Below, in pieces: positions 34,448 to 43,886 of a stretch of DNA of 64,000 nucleotides (position 1 is its first letter; each line of letters starts with the position of its first letter). This stretch comes from a virus. A model generated the notes under the pieces. It was given only the letters and a program-made list of their open reading frames with translations. It did no database searches and was not told where the DNA came from. The DNA lies in IMG/VR virus record IMGVR_UViG_3300032241_000811, positions 32,001 to 96,000 of that record, one strand, 5' to 3'. Position numbers and translations under genes: made by a program.

Positions 34448-34732
34448 TTACTTCATGACTCCATCATAGAACTCTTCAAAGCGGCGGTTGTCTTCCTGCT
34501 CTTGGTTGTAGTTGGCCTTGAAATAGACCTTTGCCATACGGCGAATGGTTTTCTTATCAACGCCAGTTCCAGAAGATGCTGTCTCCAAAGCTTCTTTCTG
34601 AAAGTCTCTCTCAGCAGCAGTACGAGTCATACTGTCATTCAAGGACTTGATTGCATTCCGCAACTTATCCTTTTGCTCTGAGGTGAGTGAGTTGATGCTA
34701 ACGTAGTTTTGGTTGTGACCGATGCCTGACAT
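34448..34732 (-). CDS. dsbA: dsDNA-binding protein (T4 DsbA/GapR-like)
   Basis: SMTR.AAERDF.KE...KK.IRRMAKVY.K.NY; MSGIGHN N-terminus. Confidence 0.75.
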   Translation of the reverse strand: MSGIGHNQNYVSINSLTSEQKDKLRNAIKSLNDSMTRTAAERDFQKEALETASSGTGVDKKTIRRMAKVYFKANYNQEQEDNRRFEEFYDGVMK

Positions 34733-34733
34733 A

Positions 34734-35387
34734 TTATTTCGTTTCCAATGCAATAAAGTATTTCAGCTTCTTGTTCTTTGCAGTTAACTTTGCAAACCCA
34801 TCAATCTGGATTTCAACATCATAATCATCTGGGATAAGCTTGAGGTTTTCTGTCTTGAATGATACGGTGAAGTCCTTGCTTTGCGTATCAACAATCTTGA
34901 TTGAAGCAAAATTGGAAGTATCATTAGCCTTTTCATGCGTCTGCAAATAGATGCCATCAGACTTGCCAATGACAGTGATGTTGGGCAAGCTGTTAAGTGC
35001 AGCAATCTTGAGAAGCTTTTGCAGATTGGCATTTGTCAGAACAAACTGGACATCAACAGACTTCATGACAAGCGCCTTTTCTGGCGGTGATATGATCGTA
35101 CTTGGAGACGAGCCAAAATAATTGAGGCTCAACTCACCGTCATTGATAACAACCTTGATTGCATCAAATGTCAGGTCAGGATTGTCTAGTGTGGACACAT
35201 TCCCCAAGAACTGATTCAGGTCATAGATTCCAAAAGAGTTGGGAATGCTTTCGTCAAGTTCTGCTTCAACCAGAATAGACTTTTCTGGAGAGATTGTCTT
35301 TTGCACATTACCGATATGCAAAACAATTCCAGAGTTGATTGCTGCAAAGTTCTTCAAGATTGAAAGAGTATTTTCGCTAAGTTTCAT
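34734..35387 (-). CDS. 45: Sliding clamp (gp45)
   Basis: MKLSENTLSILKNFAAINSGI...FGIYDLNQFL...YFIALE. Confidence 0.95.
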   Translation of the reverse strand: MKLSENTLSILKNFAAINSGIVLHIGNVQKTISPEKSILVEAELDESIPNSFGIYDLNQFLGNVSTLDNPDLTFDAIKVVINDGELSLNYFGSSPSTIISPPEKALVMKSVDVQFVLTNANLQKLLKIAALNSLPNITVIGKSDGIYLQTHEKANDTSNFASIKIVDTQSKDFTVSFKTENLKLIPDDYDVEIQIDGFAKLTAKNKKLKYFIALETK

Positions 35388-35407
35388 GATATAAAGTTCC
35401 TTGTGTT

Positions 35408-36079
35408 TCAGTTTAGATTAGGTATTGTATCACATCTGCCCGGGCCTGTAAAGACTTTTAAGCATTGCTTTATGTCTCCACCAAGCATTTCTATCGTTCC
35501 TTGATTGAAAAACTCATAGTTCACTGGTTGCCCAATCCAAGCCCATTCGGAATAATGGACATGAGGGTACAATCTTGCCATTGCGCTATCTTCATGCTCA
35601 TCTGCAAGTTCATCTGAAGTGTTCTCAGCAAGCGCAGTTGAATACCATTCTGGATCAGCACCTCTGGTTACACGAACCACAAAGCCGCCCATATTCTTGA
35701 TTGCTTCAATTTCATTTGGAAAACGCACATCAGCAATGACTACATTGTTATACATTCCAATCTTGCGTTCAAGGGAATATATCCAGATGTTGGGGTGAAG
35801 CCCATCGCGCATGGCCTCAGTTCCCATGAGTTGCAGGGCCAGGCGCGGTGTAAAGTCTCTGCCAAGCTTATCTGACCACCATTCGTCTTTGGTCTCTCTA
35901 AACTCTCGGCTCTCTGCTGTATCGCCTTCTAGAAGGTTCCTCTGCCATCCGAAGATAGCAGAGATTGCGTCCTTGAGTGAATCAGCAAAAGATAGCTTGG
36001 TAAAGCCATGATTCTTGACAAGCAGATCAGCAAAGGTTCCTTTACCACTGTTGATAAAACCTAATATACCAATGATCAT
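35408..36079 (-). CDS. Deoxynucleoside monophosphate kinase (gp1-like)
   Basis: G.INSGKGT, SFADSLKD, PR.ALQ.MGTE, DVRFPNE. Confidence 0.9.
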   Translation of the reverse strand: MIIGILGFINSGKGTFADLLVKNHGFTKLSFADSLKDAISAIFGWQRNLLEGDTAESREFRETKDEWWSDKLGRDFTPRLALQLMGTEAMRDGLHPNIWIYSLERKIGMYNNVVIADVRFPNEIEAIKNMGGFVVRVTRGADPEWYSTALAENTSDELADEHEDSAMARLYPHVHYSEWAWIGQPVNYEFFNQGTIEMLGGDIKQCLKVFTGPGRCDTIPNLN

Positions 36080-36081
36080 GA

Positions 36082-36975
36082 TCAGAGATTTCCAGTGTGA
36101 TTGGCAATAGAAGGTAGATTACCAGTAAAGGCAAATGTACCAATGTGTTGTGTCTTCATCCATGGGCAAAGCCAAATCTGAAAGCCGATCTTTCGTGCAT
36201 ACTGACAGAACATATAATCTTCTGACAGATACCGATGTGATGCAGTCTTTTCCGCTTCAAGAAGATTGGCAAAGTCTTGCTTGACATTTTCACCAGCAGC
36301 AGCACGAGTCATCAGGCGATACACATCATCAAATGTATAGCCATTGTCAATGACAGTCTCAAAGTATGCATGAATATAGCGAGAGCCGTCAAAGTTTGCT
36401 TGCCCAACATGGTCTGGCTTGTAGTTCAGCTTAGGATATGCTTCCCGGAATTTTTCAAACACCTGGCGCTTGACCATCATGAAACCAGTACCGATTTCCA
36501 TGACTTCAAGTGGCTCAGTAACCTTGAACTGTTTGGTTCCAGGAACTGGATTGAATACATAGTCACCAACAAGCCCATCAAGTTCTCCTGGTGAGATGGC
36601 AGGGTTGCGCACCATTGCTGTAGCGATGTTACGCCAGTTGATTGACTTCTTTGGATATGGTGCACCAATGATGTCCTTGTCAAGGGCGATCAAGGCTAAT
36701 ACATCGTTGGGGTCAAAATGAATGTCTGAGTCGATAAAGAGAAGATGAGTAAACCCAGAGCGGAGAAACTCATCAACAAGATAGTTTCGTGCGCGGGTAA
36801 TCAGGGATTCATTGAAAAGAAACGAGAAGCGGATATCAATACCGTTCTGTATGCACATGCCTTGCAAGTCAAGGCACGATTTCATATAGAGGCCTGCATT
36901 CTGCCCACCATATTGTGGTGTACAGACAAACAGTTTTGCCTTTCTTAGGTCTTCAAGGGATATTTTTAGTTCCAT
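36082..36975 (-). CDS. GT-A-fold glycosyltransferase-like protein
   Basis: ESLITRARN, HLLFIDSDI, GTGFMM, SEDYMFC. Confidence 0.75.
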   Translation of the reverse strand: MELKISLEDLRKAKLFVCTPQYGGQNAGLYMKSCLDLQGMCIQNGIDIRFSFLFNESLITRARNYLVDEFLRSGFTHLLFIDSDIHFDPNDVLALIALDKDIIGAPYPKKSINWRNIATAMVRNPAISPGELDGLVGDYVFNPVPGTKQFKVTEPLEVMEIGTGFMMVKRQVFEKFREAYPKLNYKPDHVGQANFDGSRYIHAYFETVIDNGYTFDDVYRLMTRAAAGENVKQDFANLLEAEKTASHRYLSEDYMFCQYARKIGFQIWLCPWMKTQHIGTFAFTGNLPSIANHTGNL

Positions 36976-37056
36976 ATTATTCACTCCTTACATGATAACA
37001 AAAAGGGACGCTATAGTATATATAGCATCCCTTTTCAAGGTTGTCAAGAATTATTT

Positions 37057-37269
37057 TTATGAGGCAATACGATAATACATCTTGCGCTCACCGTTTACCA
37101 TACGGTAGTTGCTATAGATGTTATGCCCTTCGTTTACGCGCAGATCATACACACGCTTGTAAACAGACTCCTTGGGTGCGCCGGTCAGCCTAGCAATCTT
37201 AGCAGCGGTGATACCAACACCGCGGTTATTGGAACGCAAAACCTTAGCAACCTTAGACAACTGTGACAT
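37057..37269 (-). CDS. Small winged-HTH protein
   Basis: ITAAKIARLTG..ESVYKRVYDLR. Confidence 0.65.
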   Translation of the reverse strand: MSQLSKVAKVLRSNNRGVGITAAKIARLTGAPKESVYKRVYDLRVNEGHNIYSNYRMVNGERKMYYRIAS

Positions 37270-37403
37270 ATTATATAACTCCATTATAAAAAATAAACCG
37301 CTTCCATTTAGGACAGCGACAACAAGCGCGGTTTACATTACCTGTTGTCACTGTATAACGCATATATTACACTAAGGATGGCTTAGTGCCAAGCCTTTTT
37401 TTA

Positions 37404-38639
37404 TTAGAACGCAACTTCCGTATTGTCAATCGCAGGAGCAGCAGCCGGCTGCGGATTGAGTGTTTCATCAAGCTTGAGGTAGAGTTCCATGAAGTTGTTC
37501 TTGGTATCCACATCAAAGCGGTTCAAGCACAAGCGAATTGCCTTTTCACGATCCTTACCGAAGATGCTATAGGCTTCAGCGATATGGACAAGACGGCGGG
37601 TAGAGATGATATCCGACACAGCGCCTTCATAGAAGGACTTGCGGATCATATCAGCCCAGACAACCAGCTTTTCAGCAAAGGACGAATCCTCCACACCAGC
37701 ATTGTTGAGAACATTGTTGATGATCTTGGTCTCAGACTTGATCGGAGGATATTCTTGTTCAAACGTGATTGAGAAACGCTCAAGAAAAGCTTCGTTCATC
37801 ACGTTGGTACCGATAAAGCGGCCGTCATCTGAACCCTTGCCCTTGGTGTTAGCTGTAGCAAGGATGTTGAAGCCAGGAGCAGGGGCGATCACGCGGTTGA
37901 TCTTCTTGAGATAGATCGGCTTGCCTTCAAGCACAGGCTGCAAGCACATCAGCTTGGCATCACCTAAGTCAACTTCATCAAGCAACAGTACAGCGCCGCG
38001 CTCCATTGCAACAACCACAGGGCCATTCTGCCAGACGGTCTTGCCGTCAATAAGGCGAAAGCCACCCATCAAGTCATCTTCATCGGTCTCCTTGGTGATG
38101 TTAGCACGGACAAGTTCGCGGTTTTCAGAAGCGCAAATCTGCTCAATCATCATTGTTTTACCGTTACCGGAAAGGCCAGTCACATAAGTCGGATAGAACC
38201 GCTTTGACTTGATAATGGAACGAACGTCATTGAAGTGCCCGAAAGGAACATAACCAGTTGCCTTTGAAGGAACAAGATTGACAGTAGCAGCAGGAGCCGC
38301 AGGTGAAGCAACAGCAGCAGCCATCTGCAATTCATCGGCATTAGCCACAGGGATAGACTGGTTCGACACAGGCACGACCGAAGCAATCTCAGCAGCAGGC
38401 ATAGCATTGGAACGCTTCTGGCGCTTTACAGCAGGTACAGCAATAGAAACACCCTTGACATCACCCAGCGCATACACACCGCGACCAATACGGGTCGAAG
38501 GGTCGTTCACAAGCCAAGCAGGCCACTTGACATTGTGCTTGCCGCACACATCAACAATTTGCTGGCGAGACAGGCTGGGTACATCGCCAAATTCCTTGTT
38601 TACCGCAGCGAGAAAGTCAGAGCGGGAAGAGGTCGTCAT
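37404..38639 (-). CDS. CobS/MoxR-like AAA+ ATPase
   Basis: GLSGNGKT, LLLDEVD, ATANTKGKG, NEAFLERF. Confidence 0.92.
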   Translation of the reverse strand: MTTSSRSDFLAAVNKEFGDVPSLSRQQIVDVCGKHNVKWPAWLVNDPSTRIGRGVYALGDVKGVSIAVPAVKRQKRSNAMPAAEIASVVPVSNQSIPVANADELQMAAAVASPAAPAATVNLVPSKATGYVPFGHFNDVRSIIKSKRFYPTYVTGLSGNGKTMMIEQICASENRELVRANITKETDEDDLMGGFRLIDGKTVWQNGPVVVAMERGAVLLLDEVDLGDAKLMCLQPVLEGKPIYLKKINRVIAPAPGFNILATANTKGKGSDDGRFIGTNVMNEAFLERFSITFEQEYPPIKSETKIINNVLNNAGVEDSSFAEKLVVWADMIRKSFYEGAVSDIISTRRLVHIAEAYSIFGKDREKAIRLCLNRFDVDTKNNFMELYLKLDETLNPQPAAAPAIDNTEVAF

Positions 38640-38669
38640 AGTGTATCATTTCCTTTCGATTATGGAATA

Positions 38670-38698
38670 ATTATAGCATAGTTTATCTGGAATGTCAA
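38670..38698 (-). promoter_or_regulatory. Sigma70 promoter
   Basis: TTGACA-N17-TATAAT with extended TG. Confidence 0.8.
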
Positions 38699-40998
38699 GC
38701 AGCAATTAGCTTGATAAACCGTTGTAATAACACGCGATTTACAGTCTTTTTTTCACAATGTTCCAAGAACATCTTGGCCATCTTGTTTTTAGTCATGGTG
38801 GAATTGATTTCCAGTGGCTTGTTTACAATGTTCAAAGTCTTGGAATTGATTACATAGTTTTCATCATAGCCAGCACTGGTAACGGCAAGAAAGCCATTGT
38901 CAAGCCAAAGTTTCCGTTGCTTTTCAAAAAAAGCATCATCATAGTTCATATTGTTCCGATAAGCATCATTAAAAACAAACTTGAAGTTTTTAGAACTTTC
39001 AAGGAAGAAACCAACAAGATTGGTACCAGTCCGATCCTTGAGGATTTTCAGCAAAGTCGGAGTCATCACACGATGGCTAATTGTAATTGGAATATCTTCC
39101 TTGTAGTATGACGAATGACTTATATATGCTTTTTGATGCCCAATTTCATATGTCTTTTTAGTCACATCATCGGTGATGTGGAACTTGCGGTACTTTACGT
39201 CAGGGTTTGTATTAGATTTGTGGCCAAAAACATTTTGGTTGCCGTCACTGTTACCGTCAGTCAAGAAGATGGTATTGACAATCTGGACTTTGCTACGCGC
39301 CTGGAAAGCCTTGATAACAAGTTCTGAAGCAAGAATAGCTTCATTCAAAGGCGTGGAGCCCATGCTTTCAGTATGCCAAATCTGGCCGCTGGCAAAACAC
39401 CAGATGTAATACATAGCCTTGTTGAAGTCGGCAAGGTTCATGCGAGAGGACAATAAATTGCGCAAGCGGAAAGTGGACATTTCAATATCGCCATCTTTAT
39501 GCGACCAGCACGGACCTTCCTTGTCATAATTGTCATGTGTAGTGCCATTCTTGAAAGAATAGACTTCAAAAGGAATGTTCACACGTTTACAGAACCAGAC
39601 AAGCGAGAATAGTTGCTTGATGGTGTTTTTCAGACAAGTATCCATTGAACCAGACCAGTCAATAATCATGACAAAGCCATGAGACTTGCCAGAGGCAATC
39701 ATTGCATTGCGCTTGAACAAGTCATCATTATAGCGGTATGAATGAAGCTTGTTGGTGTCAATCACACCAGTTTTGGAAACAGAGGTGCGTGAGTATTCGT
39801 CAGCAGCCTTGCGCATCTCAAATTCCTTGACCATAAAGGAAATGGCTGCATTCTCAGAAGACTTGAAGTTATTCAATTCAGTCCGCACGGCATCAAACCA
39901 TGCAGGCTTGCTTTGATACTTCATGCGGAAGTCACCGTCAATAGCAGCTAGGACTTGCTTATAATCAACAAGGATTGTACCAAGATTTGCATGGGGCAAA
40001 GTTGCGTAGATGTACTCAGTTTCTGGATTTGCAATCAGGTCAGCCTGCTTTTCCTGCCAAGCTTGTTCAGTCTTGGGAGCATCGGGTTCAGGCTTTGCAA
40101 AAGTGCCTTCGCCGCCGTCATGATCTCCAGCCTGCTTCTTATCAGAGGAATCATCTTCGCCGGCATCTTCAGGCTTTTCAGGCTTTTCACCTTCATCACC
40201 GGCGCCAGGCGAGTCATCTTCGCCAGCATCATCGGAAGCATCAGCATCGGATGATTCCTCGCCGTCAGAGTCATCATCATTTTCCTCTTCTTCCTGATCA
40301 TCAAAGTCATAATCGGAATCGGAAGAGGACGAATCAGTCTCATATTCCTCATCATCATCATCGGATGAAAAGTCATCAAGGTTTTGACTGAGGGATTGCT
40401 GTTCCTGTTTTTGTTCTTTAGCGTAGGCGTAAATTTCTTCGGTCAGCGCAAGGACTTCATCAAAGGTCTCAGCCGTTTCAATACGCTTGACAAAGGCGCG
40501 TTCCACAGGGGTGTTGAAATTGACGCCAGACATTGCGCCAGCCTTGAAATGAATATTGACGCGGTCGATGAAAGTCAAACCGTTCACATCGGTGTTGACA
40601 GTGCCTAAGAAGTTCTTTTCAAGGAGTTCATTATAACCCTTGATATAGTTGCGGCGTGCGCCAGGGAAGCGGCGCTTTTGGCGCTTGTCAATACGGGCAT
40701 CTTCAATAATATTGAGGAAGCCCTTGAGGGATTGAATATTGCCGTTTAGGCGCTTGTTCATATCAATCAGCTTTGCTGGAAAGTCAGCGGGTGTGTCAAG
40801 AGCATGGCCAACTTCATGGACGATCATCATATCGTAAAGGTCGCTGGACATTTCACGCCAGACAGGTAGAATAAGCACTCGCTTTGCAACATCAAAGGAA
40901 GCGGTCTTGGCACCGTGCTGGTGCTGCACTATAATGTTTTCAGTGGCTAGCAGCTTGGCTAGCAGGGACTTTTGGTTGTTATTGGTTACTTGTTCCAT
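38695..40998 (-). CDS. Metallopeptidase-like (HExxH) plus acidic linker plus VWA domain protein (CobT-like partner)
   Basis: HEVGHAL, NIIEDARI, DWSGSM MIDAS, STPL, LTDG. Confidence 0.88.
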   Translation of the reverse strand: MEQVTNNNQKSLLAKLLATENIIVQHQHGAKTASFDVAKRVLILPVWREMSSDLYDMMIVHEVGHALDTPADFPAKLIDMNKRLNGNIQSLKGFLNIIEDARIDKRQKRRFPGARRNYIKGYNELLEKNFLGTVNTDVNGLTFIDRVNIHFKAGAMSGVNFNTPVERAFVKRIETAETFDEVLALTEEIYAYAKEQKQEQQSLSQNLDDFSSDDDDEEYETDSSSSDSDYDFDDQEEEENDDDSDGEESSDADASDDAGEDDSPGAGDEGEKPEKPEDAGEDDSSDKKQAGDHDGGEGTFAKPEPDAPKTEQAWQEKQADLIANPETEYIYATLPHANLGTILVDYKQVLAAIDGDFRMKYQSKPAWFDAVRTELNNFKSSENAAISFMVKEFEMRKAADEYSRTSVSKTGVIDTNKLHSYRYNDDLFKRNAMIASGKSHGFVMIIDWSGSMDTCLKNTIKQLFSLVWFCKRVNIPFEVYSFKNGTTHDNYDKEGPCWSHKDGDIEMSTFRLRNLLSSRMNLADFNKAMYYIWCFASGQIWHTESMGSTPLNEAILASELVIKAFQARSKVQIVNTIFLTDGNSDGNQNVFGHKSNTNPDVKYRKFHITDDVTKKTYEIGHQKAYISHSSYYKEDIPITISHRVMTPTLLKILKDRTGTNLVGFFLESSKNFKFVFNDAYRNNMNYDDAFFEKQRKLWLDNGFLAVTSAGYDENYVINSKTLNIVNKPLEINSTMTKNKMAKMFLEHCEKKTVNRVLLQRFIKLIAA

Positions 40999-41015
40999 AT
41001 GACCGTTCTCTTGAT

Positions 41016-41140
41016 TTATGCTTACTTTTAGCACGGCTGGACATGCTTTGCAATAGATAAAAGCGCATAACAGGTATGCGCTTTTTGCAGAGGTGTGTAA
41101 GTCATTGATTTCCTTGACTATTTTACCAAGTCATTGATTT
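41016..41140 (-). promoter_or_regulatory. Early promoter copy B with two IHF-consensus sites
   Basis: TTGCAA-N17-TAAAAG; AATCAATGACTTR at 41098-41110 and 41127-41139. Confidence 0.65.
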
Positions 41141-41266
41141 GTCAGGGTTTTCTGTAAAGATATAAGTTGTATTGACTAAAAAGAACACTAAATAGTTGTA
41201 GGTCGCGGATAGCAGTCCCACCTACTCTAATGCAGAAAGGAGTGCCGCTATTAGATATCAAAATAA

Positions 41267-42892
41267 TCACGGCTTGTAATATATATATATCGGCTCATAT
41301 TTCAGTTTCATTTTTTTACCCCCTGCTGATGTAACTTCAACACAGTTTTTCATCATACCTTCTGTGACAGAAACTTCTTCTGTTTCTTCACCAAATACAG
41401 TGTTTTTTGTAACAATCTCTTTTTCACCTGTTTCCACAAATCTGTTACCACCGGGCATAGGTGCAAGAGTCATTTTTATTGTCGTGATGTATTTCATTCC
41501 GAGTTCTTTTAGTATATTGCAAGAATCTTCTTCCAAAGAAAGAAGTTTTCCGTCAAGTGCAATGTCAGCAATATTCCAAGCCAAGTATCTATCGTTTCGT
41601 AAATACTCAACTGCGGTTTCCAAAGTGGGTCTTAGAAATCCATCTCGCCAAGAATCATAAGTTGAAAACTTATGGCACGATTGTTCTTTGTCGTCAGAAT
41701 AAACTTCCTTATTGAAATAAGGCGGAGATGTGAAAACAAAATCTAGTTTTCCTTTATATTTTTGAAATTCAGGTTGGGTGCGCATCATTTCAGAACCACA
41801 TTGGTATATTTCATATATATGTGATTTAGGAAATAAACTATTGCTTTCTCTTATATTTTGATTGAAAAAATCTGCTACTTCGTGATACTTTGTTCTTCCT
41901 GTAGTAGTATTATGATCAGTATTAGGATCAGTACCAATATAATGTATTTGTTTTTTATCGTTCATAGCCATTGCACCAATGAGACGGCCTGCCCAGCCTG
42001 CGGAAGGATCCCAAATAATAGCGGTGTCTTGATTCTTGATTGGATTTATAAACTTTTCATATATAAATCTAGCTGTAAGAGGTGGATATTGCACAGCATA
42101 TTGGCAGAACGATACTCTGAAAGCTTTCAAGCCAATAGGGAATACTTTTTGCCCCAACTTGAACCAGCGAATGCTATACTTGTTTGTCTTTGTCTTATCC
42201 ACATTGACCTTGTGCTTTGCAGGCACATCAAAGTCAGCAGTTACAAAGAGGTTCTGTCTCTTAGCAAGTGCTTGATTATAGCCAGTATAGTTACCATCTT
42301 CTTTGACAGGGCAAAGCCAATAACTGTAGCCATAGTTCTCTTCAATGTTGTTCTCGGTGAACCACAAGAAAAAGTTCTCTGGTGTCGTTACTGTATAGTT
42401 TATATTGCCGGCTTGCAGTATCTCACCGACAGAAATAGGTGAGGAATAATGATAGAACGAATCACGTTTGAAGTGTCGCGTTGCATAAGTGACAAAGGTA
42501 TCAAGCAGTGAATCATCTGCAAAGTAGGTATAGATAGACCTTGCTTCACCCTTTGATGAATAAGAGATTCCTGTTTTCATCATAGTTGGAAACCAAGAGT
42601 TCACTGCATTACCAACAATAGATGTATTGCGCACAACATCCTTTTGAACCTCAAGTTCATGAACAGGAAAGGTTGTCATCTCAGTGAAGTTGTCAATGAT
42701 GTCCTTCTTGCTATAGCCTACTCTGGGCGGCAAGCCTTTGTTGTCCCAAAGGTCTACCACCTTCTTGCGCATATCTATGACCCATTGACGGAAATCTGAT
42801 TGACTCATCCACAGCAATTCGTCAAATGTCTTGTTTACCTCGCTGTTGATCAGTTCATCATTTCTACCATAGAACCAGTTCTTCTCAGTCAT
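41267..42892 (-). CDS. Large amino-methyltransferase-fold DNA modification protein
   Basis: WDPSAGWAGRL SAM motif, GTDPN, FTSPPYF. Confidence 0.8.
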   Translation of the reverse strand: MTEKNWFYGRNDELINSEVNKTFDELLWMSQSDFRQWVIDMRKKVVDLWDNKGLPPRVGYSKKDIIDNFTEMTTFPVHELEVQKDVVRNTSIVGNAVNSWFPTMMKTGISYSSKGEARSIYTYFADDSLLDTFVTYATRHFKRDSFYHYSSPISVGEILQAGNINYTVTTPENFFLWFTENNIEENYGYSYWLCPVKEDGNYTGYNQALAKRQNLFVTADFDVPAKHKVNVDKTKTNKYSIRWFKLGQKVFPIGLKAFRVSFCQYAVQYPPLTARFIYEKFINPIKNQDTAIIWDPSAGWAGRLIGAMAMNDKKQIHYIGTDPNTDHNTTTGRTKYHEVADFFNQNIRESNSLFPKSHIYEIYQCGSEMMRTQPEFQKYKGKLDFVFTSPPYFNKEVYSDDKEQSCHKFSTYDSWRDGFLRPTLETAVEYLRNDRYLAWNIADIALDGKLLSLEEDSCNILKELGMKYITTIKMTLAPMPGGNRFVETGEKEIVTKNTVFGEETEEVSVTEGMMKNCVEVTSAGGKKMKLKYEPIYIYYKP

Positions 42893-43886
42893 TTGCTATA
42901 TTTCTTTCCATAAGATTTTCAAATATGTCATAGTATTCATCTGGTGTTTTTACCACACTCAGAAACTTTGTTTTGGCTTCCAAAAGCCTTTGATTGAAGT
43001 TATCACTATACGATATATAGGAAACTTTGTCAACAAAATCTTCATATGAATTGACTCTTTGCCATTCTGAGGAAACAAATATATTGTTGGTGTCGTAGTT
43101 TTGCCACACCAAAGGTATCATATCACAAGCTATTGCTTCAATGTAGCGTGATGTTGTTGCTTCTGGATTCATCCAGTTGAAACATAGTGTGCATTTGGAT
43201 GCTTTCAGTGTGGGTATGATGTTCTTCATCTTTCCCCATTTTTGATTTCTTTCAAAGCCATAGAAGCGCCCAATGAAATAAGACTTGATGTTTTCGTTCT
43301 TGTGTATCTGTTTCAGTATTGTGTGGCGAACATCACCAGATGATTTGCCATCTATTGTCTTTCGCTTATCAGAACCCCAATAGGCAAAGTCGTATGTCTT
43401 TTCGGTATTCTCATATAGCGTCTGTATATTCTTGATGAAGTGGTATTTCATTCCGTGAACATTGCCAAAGTCTATTTCATCAATGACACGATAATCTATA
43501 TCAAGACCAGGAAATACTTTTGTCTGATACAATTCAATGTCATCGCGCCGATCAGATCGTAGAATGATAACTCTCTTGCCGTTGATATACGGCTTTATTT
43601 GTTCAAGCTGGCTGTTTGACCGCTTCAAGTCAAGTGTATGAATGGCACCAGGAATGTGATAAGTAAACTCTGCTTCAGATGGTATAACTATGATGTCTGC
43701 GTTTTTGATTGCTTCTATATTGCGAACGGGCTTCTGGTTGAATCCAAAGTTGTAATGGTAATACTCATGCTCAGTATGCTTCATGACATAACGAAGCATC
43801 AAGGCATAAAACGAATCCATTATGTGGTCAAGTGGTGTGACATAGTTATCACCAGAACGAAGCCTTGCAAAACAGATTTTCATCAT
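42885..43886 (-). CDS. T4 beta-glucosyltransferase-like GT-B protein
   Basis: YDFAYWGS.KR...R, TSRYIEAIACD; motifs parallel T4 BGT. Confidence 0.6.
   Translation of the reverse strand: MMKICFARLRSGDNYVTPLDHIMDSFYALMLRYVMKHTEHEYYHYNFGFNQKPVRNIEAIKNADIIVIPSEAEFTYHIPGAIHTLDLKRSNSQLEQIKPYINGKRVIILRSDRRDDIELYQTKVFPGLDIDYRVIDEIDFGNVHGMKYHFIKNIQTLYENTEKTYDFAYWGSDKRKTIDGKSSGDVRHTILKQIHKNENIKSYFIGRFYGFERNQKWGKMKNIIPTLKASKCTLCFNWMNPEATTSRYIEAIACDMIPLVWQNYDTNNIFVSSEWQRVNSYEDFVDKVSYISYSDNFNQRLLEAKTKFLSVVKTPDEYYDIFENLMERNIAND

Noticed and set aside
37404-40998. Cobalamin biosynthesis (cobS/cobT) auxiliary metabolism
   Set aside because: No cobN or other cob genes are present; the pair fits the generic phage MoxR-VWA module.
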